From a virus: 20,482 nucleotides of DNA. This document shows positions 1-10,469 of this stretch, piece by piece; within the stretch, counting starts at the first letter, position 1; each line of letters opens with the position of its first letter. The translations under genes were made by a program, and so were the position numbers. The stretch lies in IMG/VR virus record IMGVR_UViG_3300025128_007994; one strand, given 5' to 3'. The notes below the pieces were generated by a model. That model ran no database searches. It saw nothing but the letters and a program-made list of their open reading frames with translations, and was not told the origin of the DNA.

Positions 1-1923
1 CGCTCTACGATTGGTACGAGTACTTTTGATTCATACCTTGGCGAGATGCCAAAAGCAATAGCAAGGGACACCCTCAATGATATTATGCAATCGATTAATG
101 TGTTGCCGGCCGAAACTTTAAATAGTGAATCTGAGCGCGCCACGAACGCCGAGCTTCTCACTGTTCAAGCCTATGGCAAAATAGATGAACACTTAAGTGA
201 GTATTTAAACAATAGATTATGTAGAATTATGGTTGGCACCGCTGCCATTTCCAATGAAGCAGCCGCCGATGCTGCTGGCATGGGGGGCACCTTGAAGGCC
301 GGCAAGAGCTTGGTATCTATAAGATACTACAGCCCGGGAACGAAACAGGTGCCAATGATTTACGGAGATTGGTCTTTGCCGGCCAACCTCGGCCTGGCTA
401 CCCTCCCCGGATCTGACGCGCCCAACTACGATAGGTTTATATATGAATTTGGTTCTGATATGATTAATTTGATCAGGGCAGATCTGATATCAAGAAGAGA
501 TGCGATCAAAGCAGCGATTATGGAGATTCTCAGACTCCAAGGTTACTATGTCGGAACTGCGACAGATATAGGAATACATTCTGCGCTAGCCGAAAACGAT
601 ATTATATTAAAGAAATATGGTTACTTCTTTTTTGATATGGAGAAATACATTCGTAAGCAATCAGTAGCATCGCAAGTGATGAATATAGATAGGTTTTTGG
701 CCTTCTTTCCAGCGGCGAAACAAATAACCAACAACGCTATAACTTTCTCTAAAGCAGAATATATAAATCATAATTTCGGAGAAAATGGTGTCAAGTTATT
801 CCTTAAAAAAGATCTTACTGGTGAGTCTCTGAGCGCCAAGGCCACAAGATTTGAATACTTACGATTTGGCACACCGCTGAAACCAAATGGCAACCCATAT
901 GTTTATTCAAAAGTTAACACTCTTTCTAACATTACATTTGACCAAATAACCGAGTATTCGAGGTTTATACCATCAGTAGGCGCGGATGCAGCCGGCGAAT
1001 CTGCATCGTCTTATAGTGGTGATGACGCCGAGCGCGCCCGAAACATGGACTCTGGCACAACATCATCTACCTCCTCGGGAACATCGACACCAGAAGCGGA
1101 ATTGCTTCCTGACGAATTAGATATGGCTTCATTATTAGCCGACCCTGCATATCAGCCAAGCGACCAGTATAGTATGCTGGCACTTCGTAACTATGCTTTC
1201 CCCGGCTTCAGCGACGCGCCACTATATGCTGGTACAACTTGGCGTGATGATTATCGATTGATGTGTTTCAACTATCAGATATTTATTGACGATGACGATG
1301 CTTTTTTCAATCCATTCTTTAAGAACGCCCCATATTCAAACGACTGGGTCACTTTTAAGGTGGAGCTTTTCGATGAATCAGACACCATGATTGGAGCTAT
1401 AGTGACCCAGTATCACGCCATACTAGAAGAATTTAATGAATACTTTGAATTTGCAATAGAAGGTTGTGCATATGATAACTACAACCAGAAATTTAATGAT
1501 TTCTTTGTTGAGCAGATGCTAGGAATGTATCCTGAGCCCAGAGACTCTCCATGGTTTCGAATGGTGGCGATTTTCACGCTGTATATGAACATTTTTACAA
1601 ATGCATACAGTGGAGATAAAGCACAAATGGAGGAGGCTGCAAACGTCATAATAGAATCTGTACGACCGGAAACCGGCAGCTTGAGGTATCTTTTAGAATT
1701 CCATGACGAACTCATGTCCTTCAGTAACTCACTAAAAGCTGCAGAAAACAATGCTAAGAATATTGCGAATGCCAGCAGAGAGGATGCCGGCCCGGGCTCC
1801 GCTGCGCCACCACAAACTCAGCGGACTTTCACACTAAATACAATTGTTTCCGAGAGAGTTATCGATCATATTGGTGACTATACAGTACGCGCAGATAAGA
1901 TGGACTTTTTCGATGACGACTAA
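1..1923 (+). CDS. Large hypothetical protein, probably virion-associated; 5'-truncated
   Basis: The frame of the 46..1923 ORF is open from base 1 (CGC TCT ACG ... GAG ATG), so the true start probably lies upstream. No recognisable catalytic motif. The structural role is inferred from context only. Confidence 0.6.
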   Translation, partial: RSTIGTSTFDSYLGEMPKAIARDTLNDIMQSINVLPAETLNSESERATNAELLTVQAYGKIDEHLSEYLNNRLCRIMVGTAAISNEAAADAAGMGGTLKAGKSLVSIRYYSPGTKQVPMIYGDWSLPANLGLATLPGSDAPNYDRFIYEFGSDMINLIRADLISRRDAIKAAIMEILRLQGYYVGTATDIGIHSALAENDIILKKYGYFFFDMEKYIRKQSVASQVMNIDRFLAFFPAAKQITNNAITFSKAEYINHNFGENGVKLFLKKDLTGESLSAKATRFEYLRFGTPLKPNGNPYVYSKVNTLSNITFDQITEYSRFIPSVGADAAGESASSYSGDDAERARNMDSGTTSSTSSGTSTPEAELLPDELDMASLLADPAYQPSDQYSMLALRNYAFPGFSDAPLYAGTTWRDDYRLMCFNYQIFIDDDDAFFNPFFKNAPYSNDWVTFKVELFDESDTMIGAIVTQYHAILEEFNEYFEFAIEGCAYDNYNQKFNDFFVEQMLGMYPEPRDSPWFRMVAIFTLYMNIFTNAYSGDKAQMEEAANVIIESVRPETGSLRYLLEFHDELMSFSNSLKAAENNAKNIANASREDAGPGSAAPPQTQRTFTLNTIVSERVIDHIGDYTVRADKMDFFDDD

Positions 1924-1936
1924 AATACATATCGAT

Positions 1937-1945
1937 ACTAATTAT
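1937..1945 (+). promoter_or_regulatory. Candidate late-promoter motif ACTAATTAT
   Basis: One of four ACTAWTTA copies found by eye; intergenic, about 20 nt before ATG 1965. Confidence 0.4.
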
Positions 1946-1964
1946 CTGGGCCAAGAGAAGTAAA

Positions 1965-2540
1965 ATGTTAACTAAAATAACCCCTGTCAAGAAAAAGCGC
2001 AAGCCAACGACATCACGCAGACACAACTCACAAATTTTTGTTGATAAAATCGTCGACAAAAGAACTGAGCCGACGTTGTTCAATATTGAATCAGCACGCG
2101 TGGCAGTCATGTTATCGACAGGACCCTACACAGACTTAAAGCAAATGAGAAGCAGTCACGTTGACAACAGAAGAAATATAGTCGCTGCGGAGACCCTTCA
2201 TTCAATGAACGTGGGCATTGTTGACATACAAAAAGATTTTTCATTGCTAGAGGCGGATTCTAATAAAACGACAATAAAGAACAAAAATATAATGGATAGA
2301 AAAGATTTTCAAAATACCATAAATGAAGCGATCGCAACAACAGACAAGTTTATCGCGAAATCGGATCCGTTCTTTCAATTAGATGATGATGTTAACTCGT
2401 TGATTGGTTATAGAAAAACAAAATCAGATATTACCGGCGAGGTAGTAATTAACGCAGATGTGTCATATATAACATCAAATATGACCATCTTAAACCAAAG
2501 TGGAAAATACTTTGGAAAAAATAAGTATTTTAAGGAGTAA
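1965..2540 (+). CDS. Hypothetical protein (191 aa, basic N-terminus)
   Basis: The ORF fills the gap between co-directional genes and has a Lys/Arg-rich start (KKKRK). No known motif. Confidence 0.65.
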   Translation: MLTKITPVKKKRKPTTSRRHNSQIFVDKIVDKRTEPTLFNIESARVAVMLSTGPYTDLKQMRSSHVDNRRNIVAAETLHSMNVGIVDIQKDFSLLEADSNKTTIKNKNIMDRKDFQNTINEAIATTDKFIAKSDPFFQLDDDVNSLIGYRKTKSDITGEVVINADVSYITSNMTILNQSGKYFGKNKYFKE

Positions 2541-2544
2541 GTAA

Positions 2545-3597
2545 ATGCCCGGACCAGGATCCGATATATCAATTGACATCCCTGCCAAAGAGGGCGCCGA
2601 CTCCCCATATGGCGATACAGAGGGCCTGTGTGTTGAGTATGAGGACATCGGAGGCTTTACTCCGGGCGTCATACCTGGAGGCGGCCTATATACCGGCCCT
2701 GGTGGCCTAGGCGGCGGCGGCGGCTTCGGCGGGCCCGGGAGCGGGGGAGGTGGCACCGATAGCCCTCCTGCTGAACCGGCACCAGATTTTTCAACTCTTG
2801 AAGATTGGCCAATCGACGCAATCGATGAGACAACAGAGATAGCGGTTACGGACACATACATGCTCACGGGGCAGAACATATCATCGCCACTCTCGGCAAC
2901 GACTCCCGGCTGCATAGACACGGAACAAATGGATATAGGTCTCACCATCTTTCCCGTCACTAAAGGTTTTGTTAATAGTGCTTATGGGTGGGACGATGTG
3001 GCTTCAATGCCGGCATGGGCCGTGACCTTTCAGTATTCTATGGACAATGCGATCGCCATAGTGAAATATGACATGTCCTCCCAATTTGTTGACCCGGAAG
3101 TGGGGATTCAAGGGGTGTCTACCGGACTTGCAATGTACGCACACGCTTCCCCTGGGGGCACAGTAGAAGACCCGGATCTGAGCCCCTCCGCGGCATACGC
3201 TGAGGGCGACGATTACGGCGCCGAGGTGCTGTATGAAAATCCGTTCGACTACAACGAAGATGAAGAGGCTGCCCTGGAGGCGAAGTTTGGCTATTACGAC
3301 CCGAGTGTCAGTCCCGATTTATTTGAGGGCACGATTGAAAGAATAAGAGAGGCTATGGGTGACTTGGTGGACGCCATGGCAACCGGCTATACTGCTCGCG
3401 CCAATATAACAAGAACGACGCCACCCCTAAAAATTACTGACGCAATGTACGAAGAAATCAGCAGTAGCGAAATAGACGAAGTGGTACCAGACGGGCCTGT
3501 GACCGGCACCAATCGAGTCGTCACTGCTCAAGGCTCCGCATTCCGCGCGGGAACTCTTTCCCCGGGCGGTGATGGTGGTGGTGGAGAGGACTACTAA
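2545..3597 (+). CDS. Acidic Gly/Pro-rich hypothetical protein (350 aa)
   Basis: AAGGAG RBS just upstream. GGLGGGGGFGGPGSGGGG tract and high Asp/Glu content. The stop overlaps the next start (TAATG). Confidence 0.7.
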   Translation: MPGPGSDISIDIPAKEGADSPYGDTEGLCVEYEDIGGFTPGVIPGGGLYTGPGGLGGGGGFGGPGSGGGGTDSPPAEPAPDFSTLEDWPIDAIDETTEIAVTDTYMLTGQNISSPLSATTPGCIDTEQMDIGLTIFPVTKGFVNSAYGWDDVASMPAWAVTFQYSMDNAIAIVKYDMSSQFVDPEVGIQGVSTGLAMYAHASPGGTVEDPDLSPSAAYAEGDDYGAEVLYENPFDYNEDEEAALEAKFGYYDPSVSPDLFEGTIERIREAMGDLVDAMATGYTARANITRTTPPLKITDAMYEEISSSEIDEVVPDGPVTGTNRVVTAQGSAFRAGTLSPGGDGGGGEDY

Positions 3598-6500
3598 TGG
3601 GTATTAGAGATGATGGAACCTTCAAATCCGAAAGTGGAATAATTTTAACAATGACCGGCCGCCGCGATGACTCTGATGAAGCAGTGGATCGCATGCGGGC
3701 CCGGGCACATGGTTACACCGAGGCCGTGCCGCTCGGAATGCTCTCCGACAATCAAACATACGCTGAACCGACGTCAAAAAAGGTCTCTTTAGTAGATTTA
3801 AATTTGATAGACGGCACTAGTGATCGTCTTAGGAACACTTTGGGTGGGGTATTTTACAACGACTTTGACGTAAGCGGAGAATACTATGTACCACCGGTGT
3901 TTTATAAATTCCTTCCCATGAACAACACAAACGAATACATATATTCGGTTGTTTCATATACGGGCCCGGAAGTTGATGACGCTATTTCAACTTATGTGGC
4001 TGGAACAACAACGAACGACACAGAGGCTGTCAGCGCGAGAGGTTACGGAGCCGGAAGTGAATATTACCAACAAACAATTATACCAAGCACTCGATTTGTG
4101 TGTAGGATTGAAGGGAACCCCACAGCCCCATATTTAACCGATGTACTTAAGGGTAACAAATACTGGGAAAAAATGTTTACAGGAGGTGAATATGAATACA
4201 CTACGGTTAAGTCAATGTATAACAACGCCACCTATGACGACCACTATATAACAACAACATTGCCATACCCCAATATAGAAAAACAGTACCTGCAAAAGGC
4301 GGCAAATGAGAAACAGTTCATTGCGGCTACTTATGATTACAATCACTATTTGAGCGAATACCAGGCATATGCATCATCATTAGACAGTGAATTACTGATT
4401 CCAAATTATTATGCGATGACATTGGCCGCATATGCTCCTTTGCATGCGGCGCATATGGGTGCGAGTAGTGATGACCAAATACAAGGCCTATTAAACCCAA
4501 ACATCTTTGACCACTACACTGTTGGCGGAACACTCCAGCACGACGAGCTAACAAACTACGTCGTCCCAACAGACCCAGTCACAGAATTGACTCCAACATG
4601 GCAAGTACCACTATCAGCATACCTGACAGGTACCTTGGTGCAAAATAGTTCAAAAATTAGTGCGACGGCTTTAGAATATGCTATGCAGCATAATAAAAAT
4701 ATTTTGTTTGGAAGGCCAAGTATGTTGGACGAAGACAATGAGTTAACAGAACTAGCTGTAGCTTTCCCATATTACAATAAAATTAATTTTCCAACTCAAA
4801 CAGCCGGCCAGTATTCTTCTATTATTAGAACAAATGGGTGTGCTGCCTTGTTTCTAAGATCTCTCAAAGAAATATTCCTAGGCCAAGCAGAGGAAGCGGT
4901 GCCAATTACCAATAAACAATTCATGCAAAATGAAATATTTATGTCTTCTTCTGTAACCACCGGCGCGGATGTCAAAGCAAGCACAACGGCAACCAAATCG
5001 TACAAAACTGTTGATTTGGTTAAGGCCCTCCTACATATACATGATAATATCCAACCAGAAGAAGAAGACTTCTTTGTTGTTGACTACAACAGCGTTGGTA
5101 CCGAGGCGGTGTACGATATGAAAAGCGTATATCGATCATATACTAGTCGAAACTCAGTTAGAACCATTAACGATATATTATCAACATTTGGTAACTCTGA
5201 ACATGCCACTAGCGTCAGTAATATAAACAGCATATTGAATTCCCAAAATCTATCAATAGACTATGACGTCGATACTTTTAACTATTTGCAGCCCGAGAGC
5301 AAACCAAACGAAATAGTTGCTTACAGGATTGAAAAAATTGGTGGACTCGTCACCGGCGATTCAAACACCCAGGACGCCTTGCAAAACTTTTGGATCTTCA
5401 ATGACCAGAGTTTGAATATTTTAAATCTTATAGATTCACAAATAAAGTATGATACAACTTACACCTATAAAATATACGCATATTACGCAATCAAAGGGTT
5501 CAAGTACCGGTACTCTGACCTGCAAATAAGCAAGATAGTTGGCCAAGTGTCCAGCGAGGGACTCCCTGGCTCAGTCGAAGCTGCCTCAGGATTGGCTGAT
5601 GGTCCGGTTGATCAGCCATCGGGATATTGCATTGAATACTATAATCCATTTACCAATGAACGAAGTAAGGATTTGCTAGAGAACATTCCAGAGGTCTATG
5701 GCGAAGAAGGTTCCTTGCCAATTTCTTCTTTGAGCGATGAATCTCTGCGCACAGCAGTGTCTTCGAAACGCGGCGCCGATGAACGCGTGTTGCCCCCCTA
5801 TGTTGCTAACTTTATTGTAACGTCACAACCATCTCTTAAAATAGTTGAAGTGCCGTTGATGACAAAGTCGTACAAGGTATTAGATAACCCACCGAATGAA
5901 TTGGATGTTGCTCCGAATTACGTACTGGATAATTCTAATCGATTGCACTTTGATTTGGTTTACCAAACATTTAGCGCCCATTCTTACCCTAGGCCGATCA
6001 ATAACCTGGACATAACCGTTGAAGAAGAATTTCTACAAGCAAACGATTTCCTTACAACAACAATGATCGACAAGGAAACGGTATCCCCGCAAAGAACAGT
6101 GGAAGTATACAGACTCAGTACAAAGCCGAGAAGTTTTAGAGATTTCTCAGGAAATCTTCTGTCAACACTGTCCTTGGCAATAGAGGCCAGTGATTTTTCT
6201 TACACAACAGCCGTATTTAGTGATATTGTAAAGTCAAATCAAAAATATTATTATCTTTTTAGAGCGGTCAATGAACAGGGAATATCCGGGAATGTTGATA
6301 CAATCTTAGAAGCAGAGCTAATAAACGACGGAGGGTATAAGTACGCTACTTTTGAAGTCTTATTCGAAGAAGATCTACAGGCAGATGATTTCGTAAAATC
6401 ATCAGCACAGTTTAAGAAAATTCTTCAGCTAACTCCAAATTTGACACAAACGGAAATCAACTCAGATAATGCAGATTTTAACCAGTCCGCAGAATCCCAG

Positions 6501-6632
6501 TATAAGAATGTTGATATCGGCACTGCAACAGATTTGATATGGGACAAGACTTTTAAAATTCGATTAACTTCCAAGAAAACTGGCAAAAAAATCGATTTGA
6601 ACGTTACTTATACTGATCCTACTAAAAATTAG
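3597..6632 (+). CDS. Large hypothetical protein (1011 aa), probable virion structural protein
   Basis: Long ORF coupled to the previous gene. Tyr/Thr/Asn-rich, with beta-strand-like segments (YTYKIYAYY, YYYLFRAVN) reminiscent of FN3/Ig-like folds. Confidence 0.65.
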   Translation: MGIRDDGTFKSESGIILTMTGRRDDSDEAVDRMRARAHGYTEAVPLGMLSDNQTYAEPTSKKVSLVDLNLIDGTSDRLRNTLGGVFYNDFDVSGEYYVPPVFYKFLPMNNTNEYIYSVVSYTGPEVDDAISTYVAGTTTNDTEAVSARGYGAGSEYYQQTIIPSTRFVCRIEGNPTAPYLTDVLKGNKYWEKMFTGGEYEYTTVKSMYNNATYDDHYITTTLPYPNIEKQYLQKAANEKQFIAATYDYNHYLSEYQAYASSLDSELLIPNYYAMTLAAYAPLHAAHMGASSDDQIQGLLNPNIFDHYTVGGTLQHDELTNYVVPTDPVTELTPTWQVPLSAYLTGTLVQNSSKISATALEYAMQHNKNILFGRPSMLDEDNELTELAVAFPYYNKINFPTQTAGQYSSIIRTNGCAALFLRSLKEIFLGQAEEAVPITNKQFMQNEIFMSSSVTTGADVKASTTATKSYKTVDLVKALLHIHDNIQPEEEDFFVVDYNSVGTEAVYDMKSVYRSYTSRNSVRTINDILSTFGNSEHATSVSNINSILNSQNLSIDYDVDTFNYLQPESKPNEIVAYRIEKIGGLVTGDSNTQDALQNFWIFNDQSLNILNLIDSQIKYDTTYTYKIYAYYAIKGFKYRYSDLQISKIVGQVSSEGLPGSVEAASGLADGPVDQPSGYCIEYYNPFTNERSKDLLENIPEVYGEEGSLPISSLSDESLRTAVSSKRGADERVLPPYVANFIVTSQPSLKIVEVPLMTKSYKVLDNPPNELDVAPNYVLDNSNRLHFDLVYQTFSAHSYPRPINNLDITVEEEFLQANDFLTTTMIDKETVSPQRTVEVYRLSTKPRSFRDFSGNLLSTLSLAIEASDFSYTTAVFSDIVKSNQKYYYLFRAVNEQGISGNVDTILEAELINDGGYKYATFEVLFEEDLQADDFVKSSAQFKKILQLTPNLTQTEINSDNADFNQSAESQYKNVDIGTATDLIWDKTFKIRLTSKKTGKKIDLNVTYTDPTKN

Positions 6633-6652
6633 AAGAAGATTAAAAAACCAAG

Positions 6653-6661
6653 ACTATTTAT
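6653..6661 (+). promoter_or_regulatory. Candidate late-promoter motif ACTATTTAT
   Basis: Intergenic; followed by a GAGAGG RBS and ATG 6678. Confidence 0.5.
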
Positions 6662-6677
6662 ATAGAGAGGAAATTAA

Positions 6678-7694
6678 ATGGCATTTTTAGATAACTCCGG
6701 CGACATCATTTTGGACGCCGTTCTGACCGATACGGGCAGAAGAAGAATGGCGAAAGGTAATTTTAGAATTTCTAAATTTGCTATTGGCGATGATGAGATT
6801 GATTACGGATTATATAACAAAGAACATCCGTCAGGCTCCGCATACTACGACTTAGAAATCCTCCAAACACCCGTGCTTGAGGCATTCACTCAGATGAACG
6901 CTAATATTAACTACGGGTTAACTTCTTATGCAAGACAAGACTTGTTATATATCCCTGCAATCGAGTTAAACCAGAAAACATTCAACTCCCGAATCGTGAT
7001 AAAATCAGCAGCCAAAAACGTTATTTATCTGGCAGATGACTCAAAAACAAACGCGGCCGGCTCTGTAACAAGCAAGGTTATGTCAACCGCCGGCGGATCT
7101 GAAACCAATATCCTTAAAGGTAGTGATACTTCGGGCCGATTTGTACTCATAGAAACCGGCATTAACTCAAGTGAGCTTGCCTCAGATCCTTCAGGCCAGT
7201 CGGCATATATCACATCTGTTGGCCTAGCGGATAATAGTTTCTTGGTTCGATACGATAACAGATTTATCGGCAGCGTTATAGGACCCAGTCCGTCCTCAGT
7301 ATTTGCCAACAGCAGCGCCAACGGCGCTACTTTAGAAGTATCGCTTGTCGCTGCTCAAAATACTCGTAGATCAAGAGAGCTTTCAAACTACAATGAATCT
7401 ACTGTTAACGCTTCTTTGAGTAGAGTATACGCGCAATCTGGCGTTGACAGTGCTGACACGAGCACAAATTACTCAGCAATTGCTGGACCACGTGGCGTCT
7501 TTACTGCTTTAAACTTTAACATTGTGTCGAACCTACCACAATCTGATTATACTAAATATGGTACAACCTCTAATGATTTATTTGCGGACGGCACTCTTTT
7601 CGATTTTATCGATACAACTATATATGTTCAAGGAGTCGCGACAAATGCCACGATTCAATTGCCCATAAGAATTATTAAATTAGCGCAAACCTAA
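6678..7694 (+). CDS. Phage structural protein, putative baseplate/tail component (338 aa)
   Basis: The N-terminus MAFLDNSGDIILDAVLTDTGRRRMAKGNFRISKFAIGDDEIDY resembles the 'LTxxGR...I(S/T)KFA.GD' start of phage tail-collar/baseplate-associated proteins. Good RBS. Confidence 0.6.
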   Translation: MAFLDNSGDIILDAVLTDTGRRRMAKGNFRISKFAIGDDEIDYGLYNKEHPSGSAYYDLEILQTPVLEAFTQMNANINYGLTSYARQDLLYIPAIELNQKTFNSRIVIKSAAKNVIYLADDSKTNAAGSVTSKVMSTAGGSETNILKGSDTSGRFVLIETGINSSELASDPSGQSAYITSVGLADNSFLVRYDNRFIGSVIGPSPSSVFANSSANGATLEVSLVAAQNTRRSRELSNYNESTVNASLSRVYAQSGVDSADTSTNYSAIAGPRGVFTALNFNIVSNLPQSDYTKYGTTSNDLFADGTLFDFIDTTIYVQGVATNATIQLPIRIIKLAQT

Positions 7695-7708
7695 ACCGGA
7701 GAAAATGA

Positions 7709-8803
7709 ATGCCTGTTTCGTATGAACCACTTAACGTAAATACTGACGTTACCAACACCAAAACAATACTGCATGAGGTTATACCCCTCACAGGAACAAT
7801 CGTTTCCGGCACGTACAGTGACGAGAACATCAAGAACTACACACACGGAATGTTCCAATCTGTATATGATTACCCGTACCTTAGTTCTTCCGCTAACCAT
7901 ATTTTTGACATCTCGGTTGGCTATGACGAATCTTCAACCTTGTCGGCATCCACCAACGTCCAGAACAACAAGAAAATCAATATGTACAACCAGTTTGCCC
8001 AAGTACTCCTTGGTTACACTGGTTCTAACAATACTGTTAGACTGTTTGAAGATGACCTGCTGCTTGACAACGTCGGTACTATGCAAGATGTATTTGTGGT
8101 ATCCTTCTCTCGTCTTCTAACCAAAGACCAAATTAAGAAAGGTACCTTCTCATTAGAGCTAGGCCGCGGCGCTTGGGCTACTGCTCACTCTACTACCATA
8201 ACCTTGCAAGATCTAAAAGCATCCACTAGTGGCGATGGGACCTTGTCCACAATCGGCGGTGATTACGGAGTCCTATTCGACTCAACATCGTCTGAAGGAA
8301 ATAACGCTGCAAACACTTCTAGTTATGGCGTAGTATTCTACCAAGCCGGCATCGCAATTCTCTCTTCTTCAATCTGGGATACAGCCATCACATTGCCCGG
8401 CTATAATCAGTTTAGCAGTGGCTCTTACCTCAGCGGCGGTGCAGGTAACATGACGCCTCTGGCATGCAGTGCATCCATTGCAACGTCGTCAATCTCCGGT
8501 ACATGCGATGCCCTGAGACACAGAATAACAAATCTAACATTCAATAACTCTACAGAAATCAACTCTACAATATATTTCTGCCGCCTGCCAGTTAACAAGT
8601 TTAACTATAGCACAAATCCAACATACACTAGTGGCAGCAAGATCCGCGTCAAGAATAACGCGTCCGACCTTCCGGTCGCATATGCCTCCACCGTAGGCCT
8701 CTACAACGCTCAAAACGAACTTCTGGCCGTCGCCAAGTTGTCCGAGCCCCTGAAGAAGACACCACAAAACGAGTTGACGATCAGAGTCCGATTGGACTAC
8801 TAA
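7709..8803 (+). CDS. Phage structural protein, putative baseplate/tail component, paralogue A (364 aa)
   Basis: GGAG RBS; Ser/Thr-rich. The C-terminal block NYSTNPTY...VGLYNAQNELLAVAKLSEPLKK...RLDY resembles the 'GLYD..G.L.AVA' motif of tail-collar-type domains. Confidence 0.6.
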   Translation: MPVSYEPLNVNTDVTNTKTILHEVIPLTGTIVSGTYSDENIKNYTHGMFQSVYDYPYLSSSANHIFDISVGYDESSTLSASTNVQNNKKINMYNQFAQVLLGYTGSNNTVRLFEDDLLLDNVGTMQDVFVVSFSRLLTKDQIKKGTFSLELGRGAWATAHSTTITLQDLKASTSGDGTLSTIGGDYGVLFDSTSSEGNNAANTSSYGVVFYQAGIAILSSSIWDTAITLPGYNQFSSGSYLSGGAGNMTPLACSASIATSSISGTCDALRHRITNLTFNNSTEINSTIYFCRLPVNKFNYSTNPTYTSGSKIRVKNNASDLPVAYASTVGLYNAQNELLAVAKLSEPLKKTPQNELTIRVRLDY

Positions 8804-8804
8804 A

Positions 8805-10127
8805 ATGTCTTTTCGTAAGTTTGGCCAAAACGACATTGTGCTAAACACAATGCGCGCCTTCCCGGCGGTTGAGTTTGTGGTGTACAATACCCAGGTGTAT
8901 TACAATAACACCCCTCATCAAAGCGGCGCTTTCTCGGATAACATTCTTTGCATAACTTCCAGTGTCAGCGGCGGTATAAGCCTTTATGAATACAACGTAG
9001 ACCGCGCTGGAACGTATGCCTTAAACGCCGATGAGTCAATTCTTACAAGCTCGGCTTTGGGCAGCGGCCCCAACAATCTTATTACTCCCTACATCACTAA
9101 AGGATCTGCCCGGGCATCATTCAAAACAGCCGGCAAGGTCTCCTACAATAACGAATTTAAATACGGAGACATCATCAGGGCAAACTATCCGTTAACTGCC
9201 TCAATCACAAGAGAATTTATGTCGCCCAACCCTGGTTATCGGGAACCAGCTTTCAATACTTTTGATAGTACGAGTCAACTCAGTGGGGGTGCCCCAGAAT
9301 ACCCGCACTTCTATGCCCTTAAGAACAGGTTAAACCACTACCAATACTTAAGCGAACACTACGCAATCGTTGGCGGCACTGCCGGCAGCGATTATCACTG
9401 GGACAAAGCCGAGCAGCCCATCAACCTCATATCAGTCCCTTCGATTTTTTACGGCTCTAAAATCAAAGAAGGCACCGTTGTCTTAAAATACTTTGTTAGC
9501 GGTTCGAAAAAAGCTGAGCTAAGAGATACAAAGCAAAACGGAGAGTTGATCGAAGTAACTGGTTCCAATGTGGGAGCAGTCGCCGGGGTTGTCTTATACA
9601 GTGAAGGGTTTTTGCTTTTGACTGGTTCTTGGGAAATTAACGATCAAGAGTTGCCTTTGGTCGACGGCACTACGGCCGGCGGTCTGGTTACATCTAAATG
9701 GGTTTATTTCGGCGCCGGAGCTAGTGACGGCATAAACTCTCAAACAGTCGATAATGTTGATTTTGCAAAAGCATCCTTCTCAATAAACTTTCATGGCCAA
9801 ACAGAAACCCAAGTTCAAACAATGTTTGCACAAGCCCGCCGCGGCCAAGCCAACTATTCCAATAACCCGACATTTATAAGGTACGGACAAGAACTCATAC
9901 AAGCAACTGGTTCTCAGATATACGAAGAGAACCCCGTACGCAAAATTAAAAACATAGCATCTTCAAGTTTTGCTACCTTTGATGCGCCATTCAAACGCCA
10001 AGTGTATATATCTAGGGTGGGGTTATATGATAAAGATCAAAATCTCATTGGCTTAGCCACATTAGCAAACCCAGTGCTAAAAGAAGAAGATCAAGATTAC
10101 ACTTTCAAACTTAAGCTGGATATATAA
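8805..10127 (+). CDS. Phage structural protein, putative baseplate/tail component, paralogue B (440 aa)
   Basis: Shares the C-terminal block with the previous gene (NYSNNPTF...VGLYDKDQNLIGLATLANPVLK...KLDI). Confidence 0.6.
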   Translation: MSFRKFGQNDIVLNTMRAFPAVEFVVYNTQVYYNNTPHQSGAFSDNILCITSSVSGGISLYEYNVDRAGTYALNADESILTSSALGSGPNNLITPYITKGSARASFKTAGKVSYNNEFKYGDIIRANYPLTASITREFMSPNPGYREPAFNTFDSTSQLSGGAPEYPHFYALKNRLNHYQYLSEHYAIVGGTAGSDYHWDKAEQPINLISVPSIFYGSKIKEGTVVLKYFVSGSKKAELRDTKQNGELIEVTGSNVGAVAGVVLYSEGFLLLTGSWEINDQELPLVDGTTAGGLVTSKWVYFGAGASDGINSQTVDNVDFAKASFSINFHGQTETQVQTMFAQARRGQANYSNNPTFIRYGQELIQATGSQIYEENPVRKIKNIASSSFATFDAPFKRQVYISRVGLYDKDQNLIGLATLANPVLKEEDQDYTFKLKLDI

Positions 10128-10468
10128 TGAACCCAATAGTCATAATCGCTCCCAAGATTACTAGGATGCTTTCCATAGTGGTAGATATTACAGCAATTAC
10201 TCTGTATCCGTTCATAATTTCTCACGATGAAATGTCGGATGATGTTTTACGACATGAAACTATACATATTCTTCAACAAAAAGAACTTTTTGTGGTATTC
10301 TTTTATTTGTTGTATGGTTGGGATTACCTGAGAGGGTATATAAAATTCCGAAATAAAGATCTAGCGTACCGTAGGATTCGTTTTGAGCAAGAAGCATATG
10401 CTCAGATGTTTAACGAAAGTTATTTAGATAATAGAAAATCATATAGCTGGCGCAAATATAGGGTTTAA
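10127..10468 (+). CDS. Small HExxH zincin-like protein (113 aa)
   Basis: LRHETIHILQ motif plus downstream FEQEAY (candidate third ligand); hydrophobic stretches; TAATG coupling to the upstream gene. Confidence 0.6.
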   Translation: MNPIVIIAPKITRMLSIVVDITAITLYPFIISHDEMSDDVLRHETIHILQQKELFVVFFYLLYGWDYLRGYIKFRNKDLAYRRIRFEQEAYAQMFNESYLDNRKSYSWRKYRV

Positions 10469-10469
10469 A

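Noticed and set aside
1913-1963. 16-codon ORF MTTKIHIDTNYLGQEK bridging two genes
   Set aside because: Too short, no clear RBS, and it spans the candidate promoter motif; cannot be supported.
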